Positions 1 to 9,789 of a stretch of DNA of 64,000 bases are shown piece after piece. The first letter of the stretch is position 1, and each line of letters opens with the position of its first letter. The position numbers and the translations under genes are program-made. The stretch comes from an uncultured Oscillospiraceae bacterium (GTDB lineage: Bacteria; Bacillota; Clostridia; Oscillospirales; QAMX01), in contig CAZEUG010000001.1 of assembly GCA_964515055.1 (NCBI GenBank), positions 21,921 to 85,920 of the forward strand, written 5' to 3'. Below the pieces are notes generated by a model, which did no database searches, was not told where the DNA came from, and was given only the letters and a program-made list of their open reading frames with translations.

Positions 1-1
1 C

Positions 2-604
2 AATGAGCTGCCGCCGAAGGTTCGTTCCGTTATGACGCTGCTCTTCTACGCACCGGCCATCTCCGGTAACAGCTACGTCATCTTCTCCTTCATCTTCTCA
101 TCCGATGAATACGGCTTCCTGAACTCCCGGTTGATGAACTGGGGCTTCATCAATGAAGCGATTACATGGCTGAAAGACGAAGACACGATCCCCGGCTGTA
201 TCATCGTGGTTATCCTGTGGCTGTCGCTCGGTACCGGCTTCCTGTCCCTGATCGCTGGCTTCCAGGGTGTTGACCGCGAACTGTACGAGGCAGGCGCCAT
301 CGACGGGATCCGCAACCGTTGGCAGGAGCTGTGGTTCATCACCCTGCCGTCCATGAAGGATCACCTGATGTTCGCCGCTGTTATGACCATCACCGGCTCC
401 TTTGGTATGGGCGCAGTCATTACCAACCTGGTCGGCTTCCCGAGCCCGAACTATTCGGCACACACCATCGTCCACCATCTGGAGGACTACGGGAATACAC
501 GATTTGAAATGGGCTATGCATCGGCCATCGCAACATTGCTCTTTATCCTGATGGTCGCCTGCAACCAGCTTGTTCAGAAGCTGCTCAGAAAGGTAGGGTC
601 CTGA
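2..604 (+). CDS. Carbohydrate ABC transporter permease (MalF/UgpA/LplB type), 5' end cut by window edge
   Basis: The frame is open from nt 2 with no upstream stop. Multi-TM protein with the EAA-loop motif EAGAIDGIRNRWQELWFITLP typical of binding-protein-dependent permeases. Confidence 0.85.
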   Translation, partial: NELPPKVRSVMTLLFYAPAISGNSYVIFSFIFSSDEYGFLNSRLMNWGFINEAITWLKDEDTIPGCIIVVILWLSLGTGFLSLIAGFQGVDRELYEAGAIDGIRNRWQELWFITLPSMKDHLMFAAVMTITGSFGMGAVITNLVGFPSPNYSAHTIVHHLEDYGNTRFEMGYASAIATLLFILMVACNQLVQKLLRKVGS

Positions 605-606
605 TT

Positions 607-1503
607 ATGGAAAGACTGGAAAAGCCAAAGAAGCGCTTCCACTTCTTTAAATCCAAAGCGGGTAACCGTGTCAACCGGTCGCTCTCCGGCGACCTTGGGA
701 TTATCATCCTTCTGTGCGTTTTTGCCGTGATTATGGCAATCCCACTGTACTACGCCATCATTCAGTCGTTGAAACCGCTGAACGAACTGTACATTTTCCC
801 GCCGAGAATGTACGTTTCCGTTCCCACCATGGATAACTACGCGGAACTCTTCCGCCTGATGTCCAGCTCCTGGGTCCCGTTCAGCCGCTACATTTTCAAC
901 ACTGTCATGATCACCGTTGTCGGTACATTCGGCCATATCATCCTCGCATCCATGGCCGCATATCCGCTGGCAAAATACAAATTCCCCGGCAGCGTGGCCT
1001 TCTCAAAAATGGTTCGCTTCGCCCTGATGTTCAACGGCACGGTTTTGACCATTCCGTCCTACATCATCATGGCAAAGCTGGGCTGGATCGATACCTACAT
1101 GTCTGTCATCGTTCCGGCATTTGGTTCACAGCTCGGTCTGTACCTGATGCAGAACTTCATGGCAGACCTGCATGACGCACTCTTCGATGCCGCGAAAATC
1201 GACGGCGCCAAGGAAGGCACCATCTTCTGGAAAATCGTCATGCCGAACGTCAAGTCCGGCTGGCTGACCCTGATGATCTTCTCGGTGCAGTCCCTCTGGA
1301 ATACCAACAACGGAATGTACATCTACAGCGAACCGCTGAAAACCATGCCGTACGCAATCAGCCAGATTACAAGCGGCGGTTATGCCCGCGCAGGCGCAGC
1401 CTCGGCCGGTGTCGTCGTCATGATGCTCGTTCCGATCATCGTGTTCATTATTTCGCAGAGCAACATCCTTGAAACCATGCAGAAGTCTGGTATTAAAGAA
1501 TAA
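607..1503 (+). CDS. Carbohydrate ABC transporter permease (MalG/UgpE/LplC type)
   Basis: Starts 2 nt after the previous stop. Carries the EAA loop DAAKIDGAKEGTIFWKIVMPNV and about six hydrophobic segments. Confidence 0.88.
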   Translation: MERLEKPKKRFHFFKSKAGNRVNRSLSGDLGIIILLCVFAVIMAIPLYYAIIQSLKPLNELYIFPPRMYVSVPTMDNYAELFRLMSSSWVPFSRYIFNTVMITVVGTFGHIILASMAAYPLAKYKFPGSVAFSKMVRFALMFNGTVLTIPSYIIMAKLGWIDTYMSVIVPAFGSQLGLYLMQNFMADLHDALFDAAKIDGAKEGTIFWKIVMPNVKSGWLTLMIFSVQSLWNTNNGMYIYSEPLKTMPYAISQITSGGYARAGAASAGVVVMMLVPIIVFIISQSNILETMQKSGIKE

Positions 1504-1520
1504 AAGGAGGTCGAGTCCGA

Positions 1521-3095
1521 ATGCGGAAAAGAATTGTTGCAGCGATCCTGCTGCTGCTGCTTTTCACGGCACAGGCAGTGTCGGTCTTGGCCGCACCGCC
1601 ATCCAGATCCTATACGTATAACACGAACGCACTCCCGGTCGCATCTCCGAACCCGTATACCTTCACTGGCGATATCGACGGTGTCAGCTACGGTATCGGC
1701 AAATTCTCGGAACCGGAAGACTTCGTGGTCGATTCAGAGAACTTCATCTATCTGCTGGATTCCGGCAATAAACGGATCGTCGTCTTTAACGGAGACATGG
1801 AGCTTGTCCGCGTGATTTCCGATATCTCCTACAAAGGCGAACAGATTACGATGAAAGCCCCGACGGCTCTCTACATCTATGAATTCTTCGACAGCAAGCT
1901 CCTCTACATCGCCGATACGGAAAACAGCCGGATTTTCAGAATTGATCTGAAAGAACAGCTCCACGGCGAAGTCGATGTGGATGCACCCGCCGAAGTCGAT
2001 AAGATGTATGGCAAACCGTCCATTGACATCATCGCTGCCGATACCCCGTACTATCCGACCAAGTTCATTGTTGACCGTGCAGAACGCATCTTTGTCCTCG
2101 GTCGAACCATCAACCGTGGTATCATCAAGCTGACGAAGGACGGCGCTTTTGACTCCTTCTTCGGCGCACCGGATGTCTCCTATTCGCTGACTGAAAAAAT
2201 CTGGCGTATGCTTTCCACCCAGGAACAGCTCGACAAGAGCTATAAGTTCGTTCCGACCGAATATTCCAATATCGCGCAGGACTCCCGCGGCTTTACTTAT
2301 GTAACGCTGAACGCCATTTCGCGTGCGAAGCTCTATAAGACGTTCTTCACGGAAATTGATGACGACGTCCGTAAGGACAACGCCGTCGTCAAGAAGCTCG
2401 CTGCCGACGGTACGGATATTCTGGTTCGCCACGGCTACTTCCCGCCGGTTGGTGATATCTCGATTTACAACCCCAACGCGGTGGAAGCGGTTCTGGCCGG
2501 TATGTCCTCGTTCGTCGATGTCTGCATCAACGACTATGACGTCTACACCATCATCGACGATATGCGCTGCAAGGTTTTCACCTACGACAATGAAGGCAAC
2601 CTCCTCTTTGTATTCGGTGGCTCCGGCACGCAGGACGGCACCTTCCAGAAGCCGGTCGCAGTTTCCTACTTCAAGGAAAATCAGATTGCAATTCTTGATA
2701 AGCGCACTGCCTCCATTTCCTTCTTCAAGCCGACAGACTACGGTATGACCATTCTGGCCGCCGTTGAATCCTACCAGGACGGCGAATACGAGAAGTCGGA
2801 AGAGTTGTGGAGCCGTGTACTTGAAATGAACTCCAATATGACCCAGGCGTACAGCGGTGCCGGTAAGTCGCTGCTTCGCGCTGGCGAATATAAGAGAGCA
2901 ATGGAGTATTTCCGGATTTCCAAGAACAAAGAGTATTACTCCAAGGCACTGGAACAGTACATCGGGCAAATCATCAGTGATAAATTCACCTACATTTTCC
3001 TGATTCTGGTTCTCTGGTACCTGATTGCCAAGATCTGGAAGCTGATCAAGAGATTCAGACGATTCCTCCGTGAAGGCGTAAAAAAGGTGGTGTAA
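1521..3095 (+). CDS. Surface-anchored NHL-repeat beta-propeller protein with TPR-like C-terminal region and C-terminal TM anchor
   Basis: RBS AAGGAGG lies upstream. N-terminal signal peptide (LLLLLFTAQAVSVLAAPP). Repeated NHL-like blades (FIYLLDSGNKRIVVFN, LLYIADTENSRIFRID, IAILDKRTASISFFKP). TPR-like stretch YQDGEYEKSEELWSRVLEMN...RAGEYKRAMEYF. Terminal hydrophobic helix FTYIFLILVLWYLIAKIW. Confidence 0.75.
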   Translation: MRKRIVAAILLLLLFTAQAVSVLAAPPSRSYTYNTNALPVASPNPYTFTGDIDGVSYGIGKFSEPEDFVVDSENFIYLLDSGNKRIVVFNGDMELVRVISDISYKGEQITMKAPTALYIYEFFDSKLLYIADTENSRIFRIDLKEQLHGEVDVDAPAEVDKMYGKPSIDIIAADTPYYPTKFIVDRAERIFVLGRTINRGIIKLTKDGAFDSFFGAPDVSYSLTEKIWRMLSTQEQLDKSYKFVPTEYSNIAQDSRGFTYVTLNAISRAKLYKTFFTEIDDDVRKDNAVVKKLAADGTDILVRHGYFPPVGDISIYNPNAVEAVLAGMSSFVDVCINDYDVYTIIDDMRCKVFTYDNEGNLLFVFGGSGTQDGTFQKPVAVSYFKENQIAILDKRTASISFFKPTDYGMTILAAVESYQDGEYEKSEELWSRVLEMNSNMTQAYSGAGKSLLRAGEYKRAMEYFRISKNKEYYSKALEQYIGQIISDKFTYIFLILVLWYLIAKIWKLIKRFRRFLREGVKKVV

Positions 3096-3098
3096 AAG

Positions 3099-3731
3099 AT
3101 GGCAGAGCTTTGGAAACAGTTGCGCTATACGTCCCATGTCATGTTCCATCCTTTTGACGGTTTCTGGGATTTGAAGCATGAACATCGTGGCAGCATGAAG
3201 GCAGCCATCGTACTGATTGCGATGCTTGTCATCAATTCAATCCTCGGTACACAGTTCACGGGATTCCTGTATAACCCGAACTACGATGGCGTCAGCCTGA
3301 ACGTGTTCAGCCACTTTACGTCCGTCGTCGGCACATTCCTCCTGTGGTGTGTCTCCAACTGGTGTCTGACCACCCTCATGGATGGCGAAGGCAGCTTCAA
3401 AGACATTGTTATGGTCAGCGCCTACGCATTGGCTCCGCTGTTCGTGATCAACATCCCGCTGACCTTCATCAGCAACATCATGCCGCTGGACTATGAAGCG
3501 TTCTACAATATCATTAGTAATATTTCGGTTCTCTGGGCGGGCTTCCTGATGCTTTCGGGTCTGATGGTTGTCCACCAGTATTCCCTGGGCAAGACGCTGT
3601 TGACAGCCGTGTTGATCGTAGTCGGTATGGCAGTCATCGTCTTCCTTGGACTGTTGTTCTTCAACCTGATTTCTCAGTTGATCAGCTTTGTTGTCGAAAT
3701 CTACTGGGAACTTTCGCTCAGATACTTCTAA
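3099..3731 (+). CDS. Yip1-like polytopic membrane protein
   Basis: Starts 3 nt after the previous stop. About five hydrophobic helices follow a short cytoplasmic N-terminus (HPFDGFWDLKHEHRGS), which resembles bacterial Yip1-domain proteins. Family assignment is from memory. Confidence 0.6.
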   Translation: MAELWKQLRYTSHVMFHPFDGFWDLKHEHRGSMKAAIVLIAMLVINSILGTQFTGFLYNPNYDGVSLNVFSHFTSVVGTFLLWCVSNWCLTTLMDGEGSFKDIVMVSAYALAPLFVINIPLTFISNIMPLDYEAFYNIISNISVLWAGFLMLSGLMVVHQYSLGKTLLTAVLIVVGMAVIVFLGLLFFNLISQLISFVVEIYWELSLRYF

Positions 3732-3746
3732 AGGGGAGGTGCTTGG

Positions 3747-6698
3747 ATGAAATTAAGAAAATATGCGGTAATCTGCTATATCCTCGTGCTTGCCATGATT
3801 CTGCCGCTGAGCAGTATGGCAATTACCCCCAAGGACGAGCAGTTTGTTGCTCCGGATTATGTGGATCCCTATATTGAGGGCGCCAATGGCGACTCTGCAC
3901 TTTCCATTTCACTGGAGCACGTTCAGAGCGAAAGCCTGAACATTCTGGTCAAGGACTCCCGCACCGGTAAGGTCTGGGAATCCAACCCCATCTTTACCAG
4001 CGGCGATAAAGCCAGCCTGACAGAGGATAAGAGAAAGGAACTGAGCTCCCAGCTCATCCTGCAATATACCTACGATAAAAACGGTGACGCCGGCAGTCTG
4101 GCCGATGTCGGGTATGTTTCCTCTGCGGCAACAACCGGTAAATTCACCAGCATCGAAGAATCCATCGAGAAAAACCAGCTGAAAATCGAGATGATTCTCG
4201 ACAATGATCAGCTCATGGATTACTACGTAGACGATTCTGCCGATTCCCCGGTTCCCAATAAGGTTCCGGCCGGTCGGAAGGTTGTCGGCTATCGCGTGAC
4301 CTACGGCTTCGGCGATGAAGATGCTTCGCTCTATCCGGAAATGCTCACCCAAACGCGTATGGATGAACTGCTGGAACGTGTCACTGTCCTCGATGAGGAT
4401 GGCAAGTTCGATGAAGCGGCCACGGAAAAGATGAAGAAAAACATCCTTTCCAAGTATGAGCTGATTACCATCGAAGGCGAAAAGCAGGACATCGAACGTC
4501 AGGTGAAACGTCAGAAGACAGATGCAGAAAAGGCTTCCAAGCGGAAGGAACTGGAAAAAGATCTGAAAACCCTGATTGAGGACTATCCGATTCTGGAAGA
4601 AGAAGGCCTCTATCGCCTCTATTCTGACGCCACTACCACAACGAGAAACAAGAAGCTGCTGCTCAGCTACTGGCAGACAGCCTCGTACACACGTGACGAC
4701 CTGGACTACGATAACGAAGAAACCGGCTTCGAAAAGGAAGCCAACGGTCTGAGCTTCAACATCCCGGTCGAATACGTGATCGAAGGCAACACCTTCCGTG
4801 CCACCATTCTGACGGATGAAATCGAATATGCGCCGGAAGTGGCCATCACCCGTCTGGACTTCCTGCCGGGCTTCGGCGGTGCAGACGATACGGTTGAGGA
4901 AGGCTACACCTTTGTCCCGGACGGCAGCGGTGCCTTGATCGAAATCAACAGCCCTGACCAGCGCATGACCGGCTATCAGGTTGCAGTCATGAACCGTCAG
5001 AAGGACGAAGCGCTGAGCATGGAATCCACCAACATTCGCGATATCCCGTATTATGAATATACGATTCTGCCGGTCTTCGGCCAGAAGCAGGACGATAACG
5101 CCTACTTCTGCATCATCGAGGAAGGCTATGAATTTACCAATATCACGGCCTATATCGCGGATAGCTTTACAAAGTACAATACGGCATTTGTCTCCTTCTT
5201 CCCGACCACCACAGACGAGATTTATTACTCCTCCGGCAGCTCCAGCGGAATCGCCATGTTCCCGAAGGTAGAAGTCGAAGAAGAAAAACTCACAACGGTT
5301 CGGAAAGAAGACAAGAAAACCGGCAAAGTCACCAAAGAAAAGGTTCTCAAGGAAATCGTCAGCAATTATTGCCGCCTGCCGGCAACGAATATGTCGGTTC
5401 GCTATGCGTTCCTCTCTGGTGATAAGGCCAACTACATCGGTATGGCGGAATACTACCGCACATACATGATGAATACGTATGACATGACCAAGCGCACCGA
5501 TGTCAGCAAGGACATGACGTTCTACGCCGACATCTACGGCATCATCGATAAGAAGGTCAGCTTTGCCGGCTTCCCGGTGAACAAAAAGTTCCCGCTGACC
5601 ACCTTCGATCAGGCCGAAATCATCGTCAACGCCCTGAAGGACAACGGCGTCGAAGATCTGAATGTGCGCTACCTCGGCATGGTGAACGGCGGCCTCAAGC
5701 AGACCTACGCCAATAAGTTCAAGGTTGAATCCAACCTCGGCGGCAAAAAAGGCTATAAGGACTTCCTCGCCGCCATGGATGAACTCGGTGTCAGCGTGTA
5801 TCCGGATATCGACGTGACGCACGTCTATCAGGATAAGATGTTCGACGGCTTCTCCGGAACGGACGATACCGTTATGACACTGGGTAAAACGCAGTCCATC
5901 ATCTACGACTTCAACATCGCAACCGGTTTGAAGGACAACAATGAGGACTCGAGATACTATCATCCGCGTTGGGTCGTTTCTCCGCGTATGTACGAGGAAC
6001 TGTTCGACTCCCTCCAGAAAAAGATGGATGCCTACGGCAACAAGAACGTTTCTCTCGGCTCCCTCGGCAGCAAGCTGTTCTCCGATTACAACGAAGAGTG
6101 CCTGATCGACCGCGGTCAGACCGCCCGTCTGATTGCTGACCAGCTCAGACAGTACCGTGACGACGGATACGATATTATCGTTGAAAAGGGTATGGCCTAT
6201 ACACTGCCCTACGTCTCCACCGTTCTGAACATCCCGATGACCTCCAGCAAATTTGTCGTCGAGTCCTATGAGATCCCGTTCGTTCAGATCGTTCTGCACG
6301 GCCTGGTCGAATACGCAGGCGAACCGTTCAACCTGACACAGGACATTCAGTACACGATTCTGAAGTGCCTCGAATACGGCGCAACCGCGTACGGACGCTT
6401 CATGTATGAAGAGGATGACGTCTTCCAGAATACCTATTATCTGGATCTCTATTCTCTCAACTATGAACACTGGCTGTCTGAGACCCAGCAAATCTACAAA
6501 GCAGTGAACGAAGCCATTGGTGATGTTCAGACAGAGTTCATCGTCAACCATGAACGGCTGGCTGATAACGTCTATCGCACGACATATGAAGGCGGTAAGC
6601 AGGTCATTGTGAACTACAATACCGAAGAGTATGTCTGCAAAGATCTCGGCGTTACCATTGCAGCCAGAGGCTACTATGTAACGGGAGGTGCGCAGTAA
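3747..6698 (+). CDS. Large secreted or membrane-anchored protein of unknown function (983 aa); I recall homologues being labelled DUF5696, unverified
   Basis: RBS GGGGAGGTG. N-terminal signal/anchor (VICYILVLAMILPLSSMAITP). No catalytic motif that I recognise. The stop overlaps the next start (TAATG). Confidence 0.7.
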   Translation: MKLRKYAVICYILVLAMILPLSSMAITPKDEQFVAPDYVDPYIEGANGDSALSISLEHVQSESLNILVKDSRTGKVWESNPIFTSGDKASLTEDKRKELSSQLILQYTYDKNGDAGSLADVGYVSSAATTGKFTSIEESIEKNQLKIEMILDNDQLMDYYVDDSADSPVPNKVPAGRKVVGYRVTYGFGDEDASLYPEMLTQTRMDELLERVTVLDEDGKFDEAATEKMKKNILSKYELITIEGEKQDIERQVKRQKTDAEKASKRKELEKDLKTLIEDYPILEEEGLYRLYSDATTTTRNKKLLLSYWQTASYTRDDLDYDNEETGFEKEANGLSFNIPVEYVIEGNTFRATILTDEIEYAPEVAITRLDFLPGFGGADDTVEEGYTFVPDGSGALIEINSPDQRMTGYQVAVMNRQKDEALSMESTNIRDIPYYEYTILPVFGQKQDDNAYFCIIEEGYEFTNITAYIADSFTKYNTAFVSFFPTTTDEIYYSSGSSSGIAMFPKVEVEEEKLTTVRKEDKKTGKVTKEKVLKEIVSNYCRLPATNMSVRYAFLSGDKANYIGMAEYYRTYMMNTYDMTKRTDVSKDMTFYADIYGIIDKKVSFAGFPVNKKFPLTTFDQAEIIVNALKDNGVEDLNVRYLGMVNGGLKQTYANKFKVESNLGGKKGYKDFLAAMDELGVSVYPDIDVTHVYQDKMFDGFSGTDDTVMTLGKTQSIIYDFNIATGLKDNNEDSRYYHPRWVVSPRMYEELFDSLQKKMDAYGNKNVSLGSLGSKLFSDYNEECLIDRGQTARLIADQLRQYRDDGYDIIVEKGMAYTLPYVSTVLNIPMTSSKFVVESYEIPFVQIVLHGLVEYAGEPFNLTQDIQYTILKCLEYGATAYGRFMYEEDDVFQNTYYLDLYSLNYEHWLSETQQIYKAVNEAIGDVQTEFIVNHERLADNVYRTTYEGGKQVIVNYNTEEYVCKDLGVTIAARGYYVTGGAQ

Positions 6699-7705
6699 TG
6701 GCAGAATATGTCCCGAAAAAGGAAGGCTTCTTCAAGAAATTGCAGAAGTTTATCATGAAACTCCTTCGGATGGATCTGATGGAAAAGAGAAACCTCGCAG
6801 GATATGTCTTTATCCTACCGTTTGTCATCGGCTTCCTTCTGATCTTCTTACCGTCCATTATCCAGACGTTCGTCTTCAGCCGGAGCGACATCAAGATTTT
6901 GTCTGACGGTACCGGATACTATCTGGTAGGGCGGGGCTTCCGGCACTACTATGAGGCGTTCTTCTCGGATACGGATTTCCGCGTCAAGCTGGTTGAATCC
7001 CTCCGCGATATCGTCATCAACCTGCCGGTTATCCTGATCTTCTCGTTCTTTATGGCACTCCTTCTGAACCGGAAAAAATTCCCGGGCAGAACCCTCTTCC
7101 GCATTATCTTCTTCCTGCCGGTTATCATCTATACCGGTGTCGCATCCACAGCCGGGATTGCAAGCGGCTCGACCGAGCTTTCGGAGGCCGCCTCCCAGGT
7201 CTTTGCAGACCCAACCATCGGCAATGAGGGGATGTCAACCGGTGCAACCAGTATCATCGGTATGGCAACCAACATATCCGCGATCATTGCATCCCTTGGG
7301 CTCGGAAGCACCTTGATGAACTTCATCTTTGCCTCCATCAGCCGACTGGAATGGATCATTCAGTCCTCCGGTGTTCAGATTCTCGTCTTCCTCTCTGCAT
7401 TGCAGGGCGTCCCGTCCTCCATCTTTGAGGCCGCAAGCGTTGAGGGTCTGACCAGCTGGGAAATGTTCTGGAAGATCACACTGCCAATGATCAGCCCGCA
7501 GATTCTGGTCAATACGATCTATACCATCGTTGACTCGTTTACGAATGAACGATACACGGTATTGCCGTATATCCAGAAGATTTCCTTCTCCAACGCAGAC
7601 TACGGTCTGGGTTCCGCAATGTCGTTTGTCTACTTCCTGTGTACGATCATCCTGATTGGTCTGGTCTCCCTGATCATCTCGAAGTTCGTATTCTACAACG
7701 AATAG
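6698..7705 (+). CDS. Carbohydrate ABC transporter permease (MalF type)
   Basis: The ATG overlaps the upstream TAA. EAA loop EAASVEGLTSWEMFWKITLPMISP. Multi-TM. Confidence 0.88.
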   Translation: MAEYVPKKEGFFKKLQKFIMKLLRMDLMEKRNLAGYVFILPFVIGFLLIFLPSIIQTFVFSRSDIKILSDGTGYYLVGRGFRHYYEAFFSDTDFRVKLVESLRDIVINLPVILIFSFFMALLLNRKKFPGRTLFRIIFFLPVIIYTGVASTAGIASGSTELSEAASQVFADPTIGNEGMSTGATSIIGMATNISAIIASLGLGSTLMNFIFASISRLEWIIQSSGVQILVFLSALQGVPSSIFEAASVEGLTSWEMFWKITLPMISPQILVNTIYTIVDSFTNERYTVLPYIQKISFSNADYGLGSAMSFVYFLCTIILIGLVSLIISKFVFYNE

Positions 7706-7717
7706 GAGTGTGTGTGA

Positions 7718-8683
7718 ATGGAAAAGATTGTCAAGAATCATACGACTACCTATCGGGAAACAACGTGGTTTGAACGGTTTCGTGCCAAGTACCTGTCGTG
7801 GCGGTTCCTTGCCACCGCGATCGGCAACATCTTTGCCTACGTTCTGACCATCGGAATTGCATTCGTCATTGTCTACCCGCTGCTCCGCCGTCTGAGTAAC
7901 GCATTCAAACCGGCCAGCGAATTCTATGACTCCTCGGTTGTGTATTTCCCGCGAAATCCAACCTTCCAGGTCATCAAGCAGGCATTTGATAAACTGAACT
8001 TCACGAAAGTCGGTCTGCCGTCCTTCCTGATGGCACTCTACGTCGGTCTGTCCCAGATGGTCGTCGCACTGGTCGTCGGCTACGGCTTCGCGAGATTCAA
8101 GTTCAAGGGCTCCAAGCTTCTCTTTGGCTGCGTCATCCTGACGCTGGTTGTTCCGCCGCAGACGATCCTGATTCCGCTGTATCTGCGGTTCCGTTACTTC
8201 GATATTCTCGGTATCATCGAAGCGATTACGGGCGATTCCGTGAAGCTGCTCGATACCTACTGGTGTCAGATCCTGCTTTCGGCAACCGGTATGGGCTGGA
8301 AAAACGGCCTCTACATCTATCTGATGCGTCAGTACTTCCGCGGTGTTCCGACCGCACTGGAAGAAGCTGCCTACATCGACGGTGCAAGAACCTTCAAGGC
8401 TTTTGTCAAGATCATGGTTCCGTCCGCACTGCCGACTATGTTGACCATCTTCCTGTTCTCCTTCTCGTGGCAATGGACCGATACGTTCTACACCGGCACG
8501 TTCCTGATCAATAAACGTCTGCTGGCGACGAGCGTCAACGCGATCAGCCATGACAACGAGATCATGCAGTTCAACCTGCAACAGACGGCCATCCTGATCA
8601 TCCTGATTCCGTTGATTTTGCTGTTCATCGTCACACAGCGCTATTTCGTCGAAGGAATCGAGCGTTCCGGTTTGACCGGCTGA
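7718..8683 (+). CDS. Carbohydrate ABC transporter permease (MalG type)
   Basis: EAA loop EAAYIDGARTFKAFVKIMVPSALP. Multi-TM. Followed by a strong terminator. Confidence 0.88.
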   Translation: MEKIVKNHTTTYRETTWFERFRAKYLSWRFLATAIGNIFAYVLTIGIAFVIVYPLLRRLSNAFKPASEFYDSSVVYFPRNPTFQVIKQAFDKLNFTKVGLPSFLMALYVGLSQMVVALVVGYGFARFKFKGSKLLFGCVILTLVVPPQTILIPLYLRFRYFDILGIIEAITGDSVKLLDTYWCQILLSATGMGWKNGLYIYLMRQYFRGVPTALEEAAYIDGARTFKAFVKIMVPSALPTMLTIFLFSFSWQWTDTFYTGTFLINKRLLATSVNAISHDNEIMQFNLQQTAILIILIPLILLFIVTQRYFVEGIERSGLTG

Positions 8684-8719
8684 TCTCCCATCGCAAATAT
8701 GCCCTTGCGCATTCAAAAA

Positions 8720-8747
8720 ACGCCCTGCCACCTGGCAGGGCGTTTTT
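8720..8747 (+). terminator. Rho-independent terminator closing the 7-gene transporter operon
   Basis: Hairpin ACGCCCTGCC-ACCT-GGCAGGGCGT followed by TTTTTG. Confidence 0.85.
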
Positions 8748-8772
8748 GATGGGCGGATTTCGGCGATTCGAA

Positions 8773-8802
8773 TTGACGCAGCCGCATTCTTTATGCTATA
8801 AT
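8773..8802 (+). promoter_or_regulatory. SigA-type promoter for zapA-maf-mreCD-pbp2-minD
   Basis: TTGACG, an 18-nt spacer, then TATAAT with a TGc extended -10. Confidence 0.6.
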
Positions 8803-8851
8803 AAAGAATACCATGAAATACGACCCCAGATGGGAAAGGAATGATGAATGG

Positions 8852-9187
8852 ATGGCGAACCGTGTCAACCTTCGAATTGGTGGAACATCCTTCGCACTGC
8901 TGGCGGACGAATCTCCGGAATATGTCCAAAAGCTCGCTGAATATCTGAACGCACGATGCCCGGATGACGGCACCCCACAAATGACGGCACTGGCGCTGGG
9001 GGGCCTGGCCGTCACGGAGGAGCTGTTCCAGACGATCGAAAAACATAAGGAAACAGAAATGCAGATCCGCTCCTATCAGGAGGAGACCGTCCGTCTCCGA
9101 AGCGAACTGTCCGCATTGAAGCGTCAGCTCTGCTATGACCAGACCCGACAGGCCAGTGCAGAGGAAAGCGCAGGCGAACAGGCATGA
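8852..9187 (+). CDS. zapA: Cell division protein ZapA
   Basis: The N-terminus MANRVNLRIGGTSFALLADESPEYVQKLAEYLN plus a C-terminal coiled coil is typical of ZapA. The ATG at 8852 has a GAAAGGA RBS. The ORF-track start at 8813 lies too close to the predicted transcription start. Confidence 0.75.
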   Translation: MANRVNLRIGGTSFALLADESPEYVQKLAEYLNARCPDDGTPQMTALALGGLAVTEELFQTIEKHKETEMQIRSYQEETVRLRSELSALKRQLCYDQTRQASAEESAGEQA

Positions 9188-9774
9188 AACAACTGCTCGT
9201 TCTGGCCTCCAAATCGCCGCGCCGTGTCGAACTGATGCAACAGATCGGCCTGGAATTCGCCGTCTGCCCAGCCAATATCGATGAATCAGTGGCGGATGAC
9301 CTGACACCCGCCGAGGCCGTTGCACAGATTTCGCGCCGTAAGGCGCTGGAAGTCATTCGTCAACAGCCACCGGAGGCCATTGTCATTGCCTGCGACACCG
9401 TCGTTGCCTGCGATGGCCGGATATTCGGTAAACCGAACGACGCCGATGAAGCCGCCGCTATGCTACACACCCTGTCCGGTCGAACACATCACGTCTATTC
9501 CGGCCTGACGGTTTGCTGCGCTGCCGAAGCGGTCACAACAACTGAATGCACGGAAGTGACGTTCCGAACCCTGACTGATGCGGAAATTCAGGCCTATGTC
9601 CGATCGGGTGAACCGATGGATAAGGCCGGTGCCTACGGGATTCAGGGGCTGGGTGCCGTTCTCGTCGAAAAAATCAACGGCGATTATTATAACGTGGTGG
9701 GTCTGCCACTTTGTCAACTGACACAGATGCTCCGCACGTTCGGCGTGGAGCTGCTGCAAACAACCGATTGCTGA
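9184..9774 (+). CDS. maf: Maf-like nucleoside triphosphate pyrophosphatase (septum formation protein)
   Basis: LASKSPRRVELMQQIGLEF...DKAGAYGIQG motifs. 4-nt overlap with zapA. Confidence 0.9.
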   Translation: MKQLLVLASKSPRRVELMQQIGLEFAVCPANIDESVADDLTPAEAVAQISRRKALEVIRQQPPEAIVIACDTVVACDGRIFGKPNDADEAAAMLHTLSGRTHHVYSGLTVCCAAEAVTTTECTEVTFRTLTDAEIQAYVRSGEPMDKAGAYGIQGLGAVLVEKINGDYYNVVGLPLCQLTQMLRTFGVELLQTTDC

Positions 9775-9789
9775 TGGGAGGTGTGGGCG

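Noticed and set aside
3909-6551. 880-aa ORF on the minus strand, antisense to the 983-aa gene. Similar long antisense ORFs occur at 1734-3185, 7235-9325, 11041-12543, 16244-17236, 17214-18203, 17824-19050, 21630-22769, 29242-30531, 33752-35086, 37402-38688, 39613-41187, 41838-43211, 57074-57997, 61419-62027 and 62955-63908.
   Set aside because: These are shadow ORFs typical of GC3-rich coding DNA. Each lies fully inside a gene with clear family motifs on the other strand. They have Arg/Gly/Val/Asp-rich low-complexity translations, no RBS and no recognisable motifs.
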